Shown here piece by piece: positions 18,386 through 28,301 of a stretch of 64,000 bases of DNA. The translations under genes were made by a program, and so were the position numbers. The stretch's first letter is position 1, and every line of letters begins with the position of its first letter. The DNA lies in the NCBI GenBank assembly GCA_947459425.1, contig CANHDJ010000007.1, positions 9,919 to 73,918 of the forward strand. The letters run 5' to 3'. Source of the stretch: Ignavibacteria bacterium (GTDB taxonomy: Bacteria > Bacteroidota > Ignavibacteria > Kapaibacteriales > UBA4661). The notes below the pieces were generated by a model that made no database searches, had not been told where the DNA came from, and saw only the letters and a program-made list of their open reading frames with translations.

Positions 18386-19330
18386 GTGGAACCATTACCC
18401 CAGAATACGGATAATTCCTCGCCACAGGCAATCAAAAAACTTTATACCCAGCGCGACCGCGTTGTTCGGGCAATGACCGAGGATGGATTCTTTCGCTTGG
18501 CGGCGGTGCGCAATACAAGAACCGCCCTCTCTGCACAGGAACGTCACAATCTCAGCCCGCTTGCTGCCGTGCTTTTGGGGCGAGCTATGGCGGGTGCTTC
18601 GCTTTTGGCGGCATTTCTGAAAAGCGAGGAGCGCATGATATTGGACTTTTCCGGCAATGGTCCGGCTGGTAAGGTTTTTGCGGAGTCTTTAAGCGTCGGT
18701 GAAGTGCGTGGCTATGTTCAAAACCCCGAATGTGTGTTGGATTTCTCTTACAATAATCCTTCGCTTGGCAGTGGGCTTGGTATCGGGCTTTTGCGGGTTT
18801 CGAGAATTTTGTATAACCAGTTTGAACCGACAACGGGCGTAGTGGAGCTTGTTTCCGGCGACATCAGTACCGATTTGGCGTATTATCTCACCCAATCCGA
18901 ACAGATTCCGAGCGCCGTCATGTTGGATGTAAGTATTGATAAAGAAGGAAAAGTCGCCCAATCCGGCGGACTTATGGTTCAGGCTATGCCGGGAGCGCCG
19001 GAGAGTTTGATTCAGCGTATGTACGATAATATCAAGAAATTAGACCATATCGCGGACACCCTGGGAACGGGCTATTCGCCTCAAGAAATGCTGCAAATTG
19101 TTGCCGATTCACCGCTTACCGAAACGTCGGATACACCAATTGACTTTTTTTGCCGATGCTCGCTTGAGCGCTTCAAATCAGCACTTTCGACCCTTGGTAT
19201 TGAGGAGGTCAAAGAAATGCGCGAGCAAAATCAACGCGAGCTTGTCTGCCGCTACTGCAATAGCCACTATAATCTTAGTGATAGTGATTTTGAGGATATT
19301 ATTGGCACATTGCAAGCGAAAAATAACTAA
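18386..19330 (+). CDS. hslO: Hsp33 redox-regulated chaperone
   Basis: LGRAMAG, YYLTQSEQIPS, GGLMVQAMPGA, zinc motif CRC...CRYC; start uncertain (GTG 18386 chosen). Confidence 0.95.
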   Translation: MEPLPQNTDNSSPQAIKKLYTQRDRVVRAMTEDGFFRLAAVRNTRTALSAQERHNLSPLAAVLLGRAMAGASLLAAFLKSEERMILDFSGNGPAGKVFAESLSVGEVRGYVQNPECVLDFSYNNPSLGSGLGIGLLRVSRILYNQFEPTTGVVELVSGDISTDLAYYLTQSEQIPSAVMLDVSIDKEGKVAQSGGLMVQAMPGAPESLIQRMYDNIKKLDHIADTLGTGYSPQEMLQIVADSPLTETSDTPIDFFCRCSLERFKSALSTLGIEEVKEMREQNQRELVCRYCNSHYNLSDSDFEDIIGTLQAKNN

Positions 19331-19353
19331 TACTCCATCCCAAGCCCCACACT

Positions 19354-19932
19354 ATGCGCTTTCTCAAGAATGTGTTTGCTGTCTGCGTCTTTTGCTGCGC
19401 CCTTGCTCTTTGCCATCAAAGCGCCCTTGCCCAAGATATGCGCCAATACAGCCCCGAAGAGCGTTTTGCCCAAACCGCGAAAAATACACTCTTTGTCGAG
19501 GGTTTGGGAAATGGTGGATTATACTCGTTCAATTTCGACCGACGGCTTGCGCCCACGTGGAATGTGCGGCTTGGGTTTAGCAATTATCGGGCAGATGCGG
19601 CTCTGGCAAATGTTTTTTCCGGTGCAGCTTCTCTGGTTGTTGTTCCGCTTATTGCTTCGTATCTGTATAATTTTCCTGAAAGTAACAGCTATTTAGAACT
19701 TGGTGGGGGAATTTCGTCGCTTTTTGCTACGGTCTCGGTAACAACAGTTGTTCCAGCCAGTGCTACAGCCTACACGCCTATCCCGACTTTCGTGATAATG
19801 TACCGTATTATGCCAAGCGAAGGCGGATTTTCACTGCGAGCAGGGCTTACGCCGCTTATTCTCCCCAATTTTTTTCTCCCTGTTCTGCCGTGGCTTGGTG
19901 TAAGCCTTGGTTGGACATTTGGCGGTTTTTAA
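19354..19932 (+). CDS. small outer-membrane beta-barrel-like protein
   Basis: Signal peptide, KNTLFVEGLGNGGLYSFNFDR, terminal PWLGVSLGWTF strand. Confidence 0.7.
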   Translation: MRFLKNVFAVCVFCCALALCHQSALAQDMRQYSPEERFAQTAKNTLFVEGLGNGGLYSFNFDRRLAPTWNVRLGFSNYRADAALANVFSGAASLVVVPLIASYLYNFPESNSYLELGGGISSLFATVSVTTVVPASATAYTPIPTFVIMYRIMPSEGGFSLRAGLTPLILPNFFLPVLPWLGVSLGWTFGGF

Positions 19933-19953
19933 TACTCCATTTCTCTCCCTATC

Positions 19954-21009
19954 ATGTCCATTCTCCGTGCTGCCTATCGCATGACACGCGCTGGTTCGCT
20001 GGCTAACCTGCACCATGTCCACGAGCCTCTTGCAGAGCCTCTTGATAACGAGGTCTGCGTTGAAGTTCGTGCTATCGGACTCAATTTTGCCGATATTTTT
20101 GCCATGATGGGCTTGTATAGCGCTACGCCCAAAGGGAGTTTTGTTCCTGGACTGGAATACACTGGTGTGGTGCGCTCTGTGGGCAAATCGGTCAGCCGCG
20201 TGAGCGTTGGTGATGCCGTCATAGGCGTTGTGCGCTTTGGCGCATACACAACGCACGTCGTCGTTGATGAAAACTACGTTTTGCCGCTTCCCGAAGGGTG
20301 GACGTTTGAAGAAGGTGCAGCCTTTACGGTGCAAGCGCTGACGGCGTATTACGCACTGTTGCCTTTGGGTGCTATGCGCAATGGTGCAACGGTGCTGATT
20401 CATAGCGCTGCCGGTGGCGTAGGCATTGTTGCCAACCGCATTGCAAAGCGCCTTGGGGCGTTTACAATTGGTTCGGTCGGCACATCCGATAAAATTCCGC
20501 TTTTGCAGAAAGAGGGCTATGATCGGGTATTCGTACGGTTCGGCACGTCCTATCGGGCTGCAAAGCACGACCTTGACACAGCCCTTGGCAATCGTCCTCT
20601 GTCGCTGGTACTGGATAGTTTGGGTGGGAATGCCCTCCAAGCAAGCTATGATGCGCTTGCTCCTGCCGGGCGCATTGTGTGTTTTGGTTCGGCAAATATG
20701 GCGTTTCAAGGCAAGCGCCCGCCGTATTTGTCGCTTATCTGGAAATGGCTTCGTCGCCCCAAATTTGATGCACTGGCAATGATTGAGCAGAATAAAGCGG
20801 TGATGGGATTTAATTTGATATGGTTGTGGGATAATCTGGACGAAATGACGCGCCTTTTGCATGAAATTGACGCTCTAGGGCTTCCCAAGCCACTTGTGGG
20901 GCATACTTATCCTTTTGCTGCACTGCCCGAAGCCATTACCGCATTTCAATCCGGCAAGACCGTTGGCAAAGTGGTGGTGCGGGTTTCAGACGATGACCGC
21001 CCGTTGTGA
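19954..21009 (+). CDS. MDR-family NAD(P)H oxidoreductase (VAT-1/quinone oxidoreductase-like)
   Basis: AIGLNFADI, FVPGLEYTG, LIHSAAGGVG, GKTVGKVVV. Confidence 0.9.
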   Translation: MSILRAAYRMTRAGSLANLHHVHEPLAEPLDNEVCVEVRAIGLNFADIFAMMGLYSATPKGSFVPGLEYTGVVRSVGKSVSRVSVGDAVIGVVRFGAYTTHVVVDENYVLPLPEGWTFEEGAAFTVQALTAYYALLPLGAMRNGATVLIHSAAGGVGIVANRIAKRLGAFTIGSVGTSDKIPLLQKEGYDRVFVRFGTSYRAAKHDLDTALGNRPLSLVLDSLGGNALQASYDALAPAGRIVCFGSANMAFQGKRPPYLSLIWKWLRRPKFDALAMIEQNKAVMGFNLIWLWDNLDEMTRLLHEIDALGLPKPLVGHTYPFAALPEAITAFQSGKTVGKVVVRVSDDDRPL

Positions 21010-21030
21010 CGTGTTTTCTCGCTCATTTTC

Positions 21031-22173
21031 TCATTCGCCCAGCGCACACCGCGCCGTGTCCGCACCAATCGTACTCCCCAGTGCCACCCCCATACCATTG
21101 CAGGCGAAGCCCACCACAAGCCGCTCGTGGGTACGCTGCACAATCGGCAATTTGCTTGCGTGGAAACCCATAATCCCCGACCAACGCTGCTCAATCGTAA
21201 AACTGCGCTCTGGGAGGATCATTTTCTGCAAAAGCCGCTCTAATTCTTGTTGAATTGTGGTATTGAGGGCTAATGCGGTAGTTTCTTCCGTATCAAAATC
21301 AAGATTGCGCCCGCCGCCCAAGAGAATACGCTCTCCTTCGGGTGACGACACATTGCGGAAGTAGTAAAAACCTTCGTCAAAATGAAATACGCCTCGAAAG
21401 GGTAAATTTGCGATGGGCGAAGTCATCAATATTTGCCCTCGCGCAGGTTTTATGCCAAGTTCGGGGGCGAAGGTGCTGGTGAAAGCATTCGTGCATAGCA
21501 CAACTTGAGCGGCGCGAATGGTCAAGGATTCGTCGTTATGCTTCAGATGCAACTGCACTGCGGTCGGCTCGTGGTCAATCTGTCGGACATCTGCGCCCCA
21601 AAGCAGCATCACGCCTCGCTCCTGGGCTAGTGCCGCTAATGAACGCATCATCCGACCGGAATGAATTTGTCCCTCAAAATCACTCTTGACGATAGCTTTG
21701 ACGCGCTTTGTGCCAAAACCATATTCGGCAATGAGGTCGCTGCGTTCATAGAAGGCGGCTCTAGGAAAAATATCCCGCAAGGCAGTGTTAATGCGCTCTA
21801 TCTGCTCCAGTGCTGCAACATTATTCTCAAAAAGAAGTTCAAAACCGCCGTGTTGTTCGTACCCGCAAGCCAAGTCACCAAGCCGTTTTCGGAGAACGTC
21901 TAATCCTGCATAACGGGCATGAACAAGCCGTACTGTGGCTTCTTCGCCATTTGTTTGCATATCAGAAAGAATTTCGGTAAGGCTGCCGAAACACGCAAAT
22001 CCTGCATTGCGCGTACTGGCACCGCTAGGAATGAAGCCGCGCTCCAGCACTGCCACCGAAGAATGCGGGCGCTGCTCTTTTAGCGATAATGCCGTCGAAA
22101 GCCCAATAATTCCTGCGCCGACGACAACGAAGTCGTATTGCGTCCAAGCGTCCTGTTCCCAATAACTCAGCAT
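21031..22173 (-). CDS. FAD-dependent oxidoreductase (DAO family)
   Basis: MLSYWE start, VVGAGIIG, GASTRNAGFACFGS, WSGIMG, GMGVALG. Confidence 0.9.
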   Translation of the reverse strand: MLSYWEQDAWTQYDFVVVGAGIIGLSTALSLKEQRPHSSVAVLERGFIPSGASTRNAGFACFGSLTEILSDMQTNGEEATVRLVHARYAGLDVLRKRLGDLACGYEQHGGFELLFENNVAALEQIERINTALRDIFPRAAFYERSDLIAEYGFGTKRVKAIVKSDFEGQIHSGRMMRSLAALAQERGVMLLWGADVRQIDHEPTAVQLHLKHNDESLTIRAAQVVLCTNAFTSTFAPELGIKPARGQILMTSPIANLPFRGVFHFDEGFYYFRNVSSPEGERILLGGGRNLDFDTEETTALALNTTIQQELERLLQKMILPERSFTIEQRWSGIMGFHASKLPIVQRTHERLVVGFACNGMGVALGSTIGADTARCALGE

Positions 22174-22228
22174 AACAATTTGGAATTGATGAAAGGGATA
22201 AAATATCAAAACACTTTTGATGAGGAAT

Positions 22229-24028
22229 TTATTTCTGCACCACAAGCGTTCGCGCCATCACGACACCATGAGCCGAAAAGCGCACAAAATATAGCCCATT
22301 CGCCAGATTAGCGGTCGAAAATTCTATTGTATGCGCCCCCGCCGAGCGCTCTGCAAAGAGAGGTACAGCAACAGTGCGCCCAATATTATCCGTGACGGCG
22401 ATCTGCACCATTGCTGCTTTTTCCAGTGAGAATATTATTGCCGCAAGGTTTTGTGCGGGGTTTGGGGAAATGCTTTGTATGCCTGTGCTGAAGCCCTGTT
22501 GTAGGCTGACGCTGGTGGTGGTGAATCGTACTTGGGCAGAACTGCTCTCATTACGCAAGCGGTCAAGCGCTGTGACGGCGTACTGAATGGATCCGGGTGT
22601 GATGCGAAAGGGTGGATTTGTGTCTGTCCACGTAGTGTTGGGCGTAATGGCAACAATTGAGGCGGGATTATCCAGCCTGATTTGTGCTGTATCGGCAAAA
22701 CGATAGACCACATATAACGCCGCAGTATCGCCATCACGTGCGCGTTCCGGGACGCTCCAGGTGAGCGTTAAAGCGCGTGTGGAAGCACTTTGTACGGCAC
22801 GAAGATTTGTGGGCGGGTTGGGCGCAATAGAATCTTTCCATGCCATTGTCGGCACAAGTGCTGGTGAGCGCATAGCACTATTTACCAGTGCTGTACGAAG
22901 CCCCTGTAAATTCCGCGTGAGGGAATTTGAGCTAAAAAAGACAATACCATTACCGTTTTGCTCGCGGTTGACATCAACTTGGCGTGTTATGTCGTCTGCC
23001 GTCCATGTTGCATCGGTTAAACGATACGCTCCCAAGCCTGAATACATCTGCCTTCCCGCTTGGCGGGCTTGCGCATTCCACCACGGCATGAGTTTCGCAT
23101 AATCCTGAGCGCCGCCTAATTTCCAGTACAGTTGGGGAATAATATAATCAACCGTCCGCGCTTGAAGCCATGCAAGGGCATCGCAAAAAACGACAGAATA
23201 CGCATCCAGACCGCTCGTGCCGCTCGGAGTGCCGCTTCGCCAAATACCGAACGGGCTGATACCAAATTTGACAAACGGCTTTGCGGAGCGAATACTGTCG
23301 GAAACCATTTTCACCATGATATTGACATTATCACGTCGCCAATCAGCAATATTCCCGATATTACGAGAATACTGCCGAAACGTCTCTGCATCTTGCGTTG
23401 TTGTGCCTTCGTAGGGGTAAAAATAATCGTCAAAATGTACACCATCAATATCGTATTTTCGCACAACATCCATAATGACCGATACGACATAATCACGCAC
23501 TTCCGGCAATCCGGGATTGAGCAATCGAAAAGGGCTGCGGTACGTCAGATGCCACGCGGGGCGAGTACGCGAAATATGGCTTTCCGCCACACTCGACGAC
23601 GACGAAACGACCGAACGAAAAGGATTGAACCATGCGTGGAATTCCATGCCGCGCTTGTGTGTTTCTTCAAGCATGAACTGAAGCGGATTCCAGACGGGAG
23701 ACGGCACACGCCCTTGAGCGCCCGTGAGCCACTGCGACCAAGGTTCGAGAGCGCTGGGATAGAGAGCATCAGCAGAGGGACGAATCTGGACGAAGACCGC
23801 ATTGATGCCCATTTGCTGGTGTGCGTCGAGTATCGTGATAAATTCTTTGCGCTGCGCTTCGGGAAAATCATCGGCACGGCTCGGAAAATCAAGATTAAAC
23901 ACACTCGAAATCCATACACCGCGAAACTCACGCTTTGGCGAACTTTGTGCAAAAAGCGCTGGTATGCTCATGCTCAGGATGATTGCACAAAGGACAAAAG
24001 AAAGAGGGCGAGTCGGATGGAGGCGCAT
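22229..24028 (-). CDS. GHL10 (YddW/DigH-like) glycosyl hydrolase with FN3-like domain and T9SS type A sorting domain
   Basis: PKREFRGVWISSV, QIRPSADALYPS, HAWFNP, DGVHFDDYFYPY, FGISPFGIW; C-terminus ISPNPAQN..LANGLYFVR..TLVVQK. Confidence 0.9.
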   Translation of the reverse strand: MRLHPTRPLSFVLCAIILSMSIPALFAQSSPKREFRGVWISSVFNLDFPSRADDFPEAQRKEFITILDAHQQMGINAVFVQIRPSADALYPSALEPWSQWLTGAQGRVPSPVWNPLQFMLEETHKRGMEFHAWFNPFRSVVSSSSSVAESHISRTRPAWHLTYRSPFRLLNPGLPEVRDYVVSVIMDVVRKYDIDGVHFDDYFYPYEGTTTQDAETFRQYSRNIGNIADWRRDNVNIMVKMVSDSIRSAKPFVKFGISPFGIWRSGTPSGTSGLDAYSVVFCDALAWLQARTVDYIIPQLYWKLGGAQDYAKLMPWWNAQARQAGRQMYSGLGAYRLTDATWTADDITRQVDVNREQNGNGIVFFSSNSLTRNLQGLRTALVNSAMRSPALVPTMAWKDSIAPNPPTNLRAVQSASTRALTLTWSVPERARDGDTAALYVVYRFADTAQIRLDNPASIVAITPNTTWTDTNPPFRITPGSIQYAVTALDRLRNESSSAQVRFTTTSVSLQQGFSTGIQSISPNPAQNLAAIIFSLEKAAMVQIAVTDNIGRTVAVPLFAERSAGAHTIEFSTANLANGLYFVRFSAHGVVMARTLVVQK

Positions 24029-24066
24029 ACATCTAGCTGAGAAAGGATAAAAGATAACGATTCAGA

Positions 24067-24190
24067 TAGGGCAATCGCATGAGTTTTTGGGAACGACGTA
24101 AAACCTCAATATTCCAGATAATGGGTTGCAATCCATTGTTCAACGGAGCAAGGATTGATGGGGGATTGAGATTTTGATGCGATTGCCCTA
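24067..24190. mobile_element. 124-bp MITE-like element with 14-bp terminal inverted repeats
   Basis: TAGGGCAATCGCAT (24067-24080) and ATGCGATTGCCCTA (24177-24190) are perfect inverted repeats with TA at each outer end; concentric central palindrome at 24120-24137; single copy in the window. Confidence 0.55.
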
Positions 24191-24199
24191 GCAAGTGGG

Positions 24200-26428
24200 T
24201 TACAAATTCTTCTTCCAAAAATCCAGCATTGCTTTGTACAAGTGAATACGCGCCGGAGCGTCCGCAATACCGTGTTTGCGCATCGGATACATCATCAAAT
24301 CGAAGTGTTTGTCGGCGCGAATCAGCCCATTGATGAAATTCCAGACGTTTTGCGGGTGGACGTTATCATCGTAAGTTCCATGCACGAGAAACAAGCGTCC
24401 ATGCAGGTTTTTGGCGTGATTGTTTACATTGGTTTTGTCATATCCGGCAGCATTTTCTTGAGGCGTTTTCATAAAGGCTTCGGTGTATTTGGTATCGTAG
24501 AAACGCCAATCGGTGGGGGCTGCAACAGCGATACCCGCTTTGAAGGCTGTCGAATGGGTCATCGCTTGCAGCGTGTATGCGCCGCCGAAGGACCATCCCC
24601 AAACGCCAATGCGCGTCGAATCCACATAACTTTGCTGCTTTAGCCAATTCACTCCTGCCAGCAAATCGTTCAATTCGCTATCGCCCGCAAGCTGCTTCAA
24701 ACAGGTATTTTCAAACTTTTTCGCAATAGCCGCAGCACTACGATTGTCAATTTTTACGACCAAATAGCCCGCGTCGGCTAGAAGTTGATAAAACAAATTA
24801 TCGCCCTGCCAGCCGTTGATAACATTTGGTGCTGACGGACCGCCGTAAACATAGATAACGACCGGATAACGTTTTTTCGCATCAAAGTCGTGTGGCTTCA
24901 GGATTTGAGCAGGCATCTGGAAGTTGTTATCAACAGGAATGGTGAAAAGCGAGGGATATTGCAGATTGTAGGCGGCTACGGCTTGCACGTTTGCCGGAGC
25001 AAGTTCCTGTAAGCGTTTGCCGTCGGCGGAGTGAAGCCGAAGCGCAGTGGGTGTAGAAATGTTGGAATACGAATCGGTGTAATACGTCGCAGCGTCATTA
25101 AACTCAACGGTGTGCGCACCCGCTTCTTCGGTAAGGCGCTTCATTCCTGAGCCATCGAGTTTCACGACGTACAAATGGCGCTCCACGCTGGACTTTTCGG
25201 TTGCTTTGAAATACACCAAGCCCTTTGCTTCATCAACAGCTTGGATGGCATTGCCGCGTGCTTCACCGACTGCCCAGTTGCCTTTGGTAACAGCATTTAT
25301 CAGCTTTCCGTCCATGCTGTACAAATACAAATGATTGAAGCCCGTGCGTTCGGAAGCAATCAAAAAGCGCTTGCCATCCTTGAAAAAGTGTAAATCATCG
25401 TTCAAATTCACCCAACCTGAATCGCGCTCGGTGTGAATAGCCGTGAGTTTACCAGTGGCGCGGTCTGCGAGGTGCAATGTCACTTCGTACTGATTGCGCG
25501 GCATCGTCTGAACGGCAAGTTGCTTCCCGCTTGGCAACCATTTGACTCGTGCTAAATACTCAAGCGCAGGATTTACACCAGCAACAACATCCAACCACGT
25601 TGTTTGCGTTGGTTTGTCCAATTCGATAATACCTAATTTCACTTTGGGATTTGCGCCGCCCGCTTTCGGATAGCGTTGCAGGATATTATCTTGCACGGCA
25701 GGTTGAACATCGGGAAACGTGATTTGGCTCACCATAGATTCGTCGCTTTGGTGATAGGCAATCGCACGAGAATCCGGCGACCACGCATAGCCCCTATCAT
25801 CGCGGTCAAAAACTTCTTCCCAATAGACCCACGAATGCGTTCCGTTCAAAATCGTGGCGCTGCCGTCGCTTGTTAGCCGCATTTCTGCTTGCTTTACAAG
25901 GTCGTACACGTAAAGGTCGTTATTTTTCACATACGCCAATTTTGTGCCGTCGGGCGAAAAGCGCGTCGTTTCATCTTTCACACCTTTGGCAATACTGCGA
26001 AATTCGGCTGTTTTCGTATCGAATACCACCAAATCATCGCCAAAGTCAATGTACGCTTGTGTTCCGGCGCCATTGAAGGTAAGCGGTGGTACGTTTTCCG
26101 TTCCGCGAAGTGCTTTCAGACTGGTGCGGGCTTTTGCCATATCAAAAAGCGGAGTGCGCTTGCCTGTTTGCGGATTCAGTGCTTCGTAAACGCGCTCTGC
26201 GGCGGGCTTTCGGGCATCAAGCAGCACCAGAGTCCCGTCAGAAAGCCATGTTTTCATGGGCATTGCCGTCATCTCGCGGTATTTCCCCGTATAAATACCT
26301 TCGACGGTAATGGACTGTGCTTGTTGTGGCGCTGCGGTTTGAGCAAACGAGGCTATTGGAAGTGAGAACATCATCAAAGAGGCAGCCACACGAGGTAGAG
26401 CCTTACGAATCGGCTGAAAAAACACCAT
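24200..26428 (-). CDS. S9B dipeptidyl peptidase IV family protein
   Basis: DPPIV_N propeller (WVYWEEVF, RYPKAG), VYGGP, catalytic GWSFGG, HGTYDDNVH, RKHG. Confidence 0.95.
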   Translation of the reverse strand: MVFFQPIRKALPRVAASLMMFSLPIASFAQTAAPQQAQSITVEGIYTGKYREMTAMPMKTWLSDGTLVLLDARKPAAERVYEALNPQTGKRTPLFDMAKARTSLKALRGTENVPPLTFNGAGTQAYIDFGDDLVVFDTKTAEFRSIAKGVKDETTRFSPDGTKLAYVKNNDLYVYDLVKQAEMRLTSDGSATILNGTHSWVYWEEVFDRDDRGYAWSPDSRAIAYHQSDESMVSQITFPDVQPAVQDNILQRYPKAGGANPKVKLGIIELDKPTQTTWLDVVAGVNPALEYLARVKWLPSGKQLAVQTMPRNQYEVTLHLADRATGKLTAIHTERDSGWVNLNDDLHFFKDGKRFLIASERTGFNHLYLYSMDGKLINAVTKGNWAVGEARGNAIQAVDEAKGLVYFKATEKSSVERHLYVVKLDGSGMKRLTEEAGAHTVEFNDAATYYTDSYSNISTPTALRLHSADGKRLQELAPANVQAVAAYNLQYPSLFTIPVDNNFQMPAQILKPHDFDAKKRYPVVIYVYGGPSAPNVINGWQGDNLFYQLLADAGYLVVKIDNRSAAAIAKKFENTCLKQLAGDSELNDLLAGVNWLKQQSYVDSTRIGVWGWSFGGAYTLQAMTHSTAFKAGIAVAAPTDWRFYDTKYTEAFMKTPQENAAGYDKTNVNNHAKNLHGRLFLVHGTYDDNVHPQNVWNFINGLIRADKHFDLMMYPMRKHGIADAPARIHLYKAMLDFWKKNL

Positions 26429-26565
26429 GAACGTAGGTGGAGAACGTTAAGGAAAGAAGTAATTTGCTGCGAATATAGCAAAGGTGCAGGAGATAGCGAA
26501 ATTCCTTGTGGCGTTAGAAAATAATATAAATATAATAATATTTGAGTGTGTAAATCCGCAATGCG

Positions 26566-26772
26566 ATGAACGTGCCGCAAGACCCTATCAATCCTCACGT
26601 TGTGGTGTACAGTTTCGATGCACCTTTTGCCGAATATTTCAATAGTTACCAACGGGGGTTTATTACAACCGATCCGTTCAGCGTCGGTGGCGTGAATGTG
26701 CGGTGGAACGTAACAGGCGATGGAATTGGTATCGTTATTGGTATGGCAAGTGCGCGAAGGAAAGTACCGTAA
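26566..26772 (+). pseudogene. probable C-terminal fragment of a DUF4249-like lipoprotein
   Basis: 68-aa ORF VYSFD..FAEYFNSY..DPFSVGGVNVRWNVTGDGIGIVIG recalls DUF4249 C-termini; in-frame stop at 26551 just upstream and no signal peptide. Confidence 0.35.
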
Positions 26773-26805
26773 CGTATCCCATTGCGACTTATCTTTAAGG
26801 GCGCA

Positions 26806-26839
26806 AACATCGTCCAACAGGAGTACGAACGCAGTTTGC
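26806..26839 (+). repeat. REP-like family B copy
   Basis: AACATCGTCCAACAGGAGTACGAACGCAGTTTGC; 30/34 identical to 44901-44934. Confidence 0.75.
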
Positions 26840-26875
26840 TTCCCCCCACATTTCATTGAATTTTGTTGAGTAGTT

Positions 26876-28234
26876 TTACAACGCCGCCTTGCCCGTCAGC
26901 ACTGCCACAGCGTTCCACAAGCTGCGTTTGCGCTTGAGAACAAGATTTCGCCCCGTTTGGCGGTTGTATTCCGCAACGAGGTGTGCTTCACATTCGGGAA
27001 AAAATTCGGGGTCGAAGTTCGCAGCGCCGAGTTCCGTCAAAACCTCTTCCACGCTGGTCTGGCGCTCAATCCAATGCGTACAGACATCCTGCCGAAAGCG
27101 CACCCCCATCACGTTGAACCCAAGAACGCGCTTTGTTGCGTCATTTGCATAGACGATACGCAAAAGCCGCTTCCCGTCTGCATCCTGCCAGACAATCGTT
27201 TCTTCGCCCTTGCTGCGTTTTGCTGAAACTGTACCGTAGGTTTGATATTCAATGTCAAAAAACTTTGCGGAGTTGAAAAATGTTTTCCGTGCGTATGCTG
27301 CCCGCTCAAGGCAGATATTCCGTGCAATGCTCTCTCCATGCGCTCTGGCAGCATACCAAAGCGGTTCGATACGCGACGGCGCGGCACTTTCAGGGAACTG
27401 CATTTCAGCACAATCGCCCGCCGCATAAACATCGGACGCACTGGTTTCAAAATATTCATTGACCAAAATTCCTCGCCCGCAGGTAATGGTCGAAGCCCGC
27501 ACCACGTCGATATTCGGCTCCACACCGACAGTCAACGCCACAAACTCGCACGGAATTTCTTCGCCGGAACTCGTGATAATGCCGCGTACCGCGCCAGAGC
27601 CATCATCCAAAATTTCGCGTAATTCTGTTTGTAAGCGGAGGTCAATGCCTTCGTGTTCGCGGATATGATTCGTAATCATGGTTGCCTCTTCGTCGGGCAG
27701 CACACTGTTCCAATAGCGTTGTTCGCGTACCAAAAATGTTACAGGAATCTTTCGTGAATACAGCATTTCTGCGGTCTCAATGCCAATAAGCCCACCGCCG
27801 ACAATTACGCCGCGTTTTGCATTTGTTGTTGTGTCAACCATCGTTTGTAAATCTTGCAACGAATATAATCCCTGAACACCGCGTAAATCCTGACCTTTCC
27901 AGCCAAATGTGCGCGGGCGCGACCCCGTAGCGATGATGAGTTTGTCATAGCCCAGATGCGAGCCGGATAGTAGGAGAAGAGTCTTCGTATCAGTCTGGAT
28001 GCTTTTTACGTGGTCATGAACTAAATCAATACGATTTTTCGCCCAGAACCAGTCTTCATATGGCTTAGTTTGTTCGTAGGTGAGATGCCCCATGTAGATG
28101 TACATCAGCGCCGTGCGCGAGAAAAAATGCTTGCTCTCGCTCGAAATAACGGTAACGCGATGGTCGCTGAGTTTGCGAATAGTGCGGGCGGCAGTAATTC
28201 CAGCTATGCCGTTACCGATGATGACGATGTGCAT
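26876..28234 (-). CDS. NAD(P)/FAD-dependent pyridine nucleotide-disulfide family oxidoreductase
   Basis: IIGNGIAG, FFSRTALMY, LIIATGS, VGGGLIGIE, YAAGDCA, FFNSAKFFDIEYQTYG. Confidence 0.9.
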   Translation of the reverse strand: MHIVIIGNGIAGITAARTIRKLSDHRVTVISSESKHFFSRTALMYIYMGHLTYEQTKPYEDWFWAKNRIDLVHDHVKSIQTDTKTLLLLSGSHLGYDKLIIATGSRPRTFGWKGQDLRGVQGLYSLQDLQTMVDTTTNAKRGVIVGGGLIGIETAEMLYSRKIPVTFLVREQRYWNSVLPDEEATMITNHIREHEGIDLRLQTELREILDDGSGAVRGIITSSGEEIPCEFVALTVGVEPNIDVVRASTITCGRGILVNEYFETSASDVYAAGDCAEMQFPESAAPSRIEPLWYAARAHGESIARNICLERAAYARKTFFNSAKFFDIEYQTYGTVSAKRSKGEETIVWQDADGKRLLRIVYANDATKRVLGFNVMGVRFRQDVCTHWIERQTSVEEVLTELGAANFDPEFFPECEAHLVAEYNRQTGRNLVLKRKRSLWNAVAVLTGKAAL

Positions 28235-28301
28235 GATGGTTCAGAATAATGATCGAGAAAGGTCGTTTGGGTGTAATACGAAAAAACGGTGTTTTGCGGT
28301 T

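Noticed and set aside
24033-24218. 61-aa minus-strand ORF between DPP IV and GHL10
   Set aside because: It spans the MITE-like element, starts inside the upstream gene and has no protein-like features.
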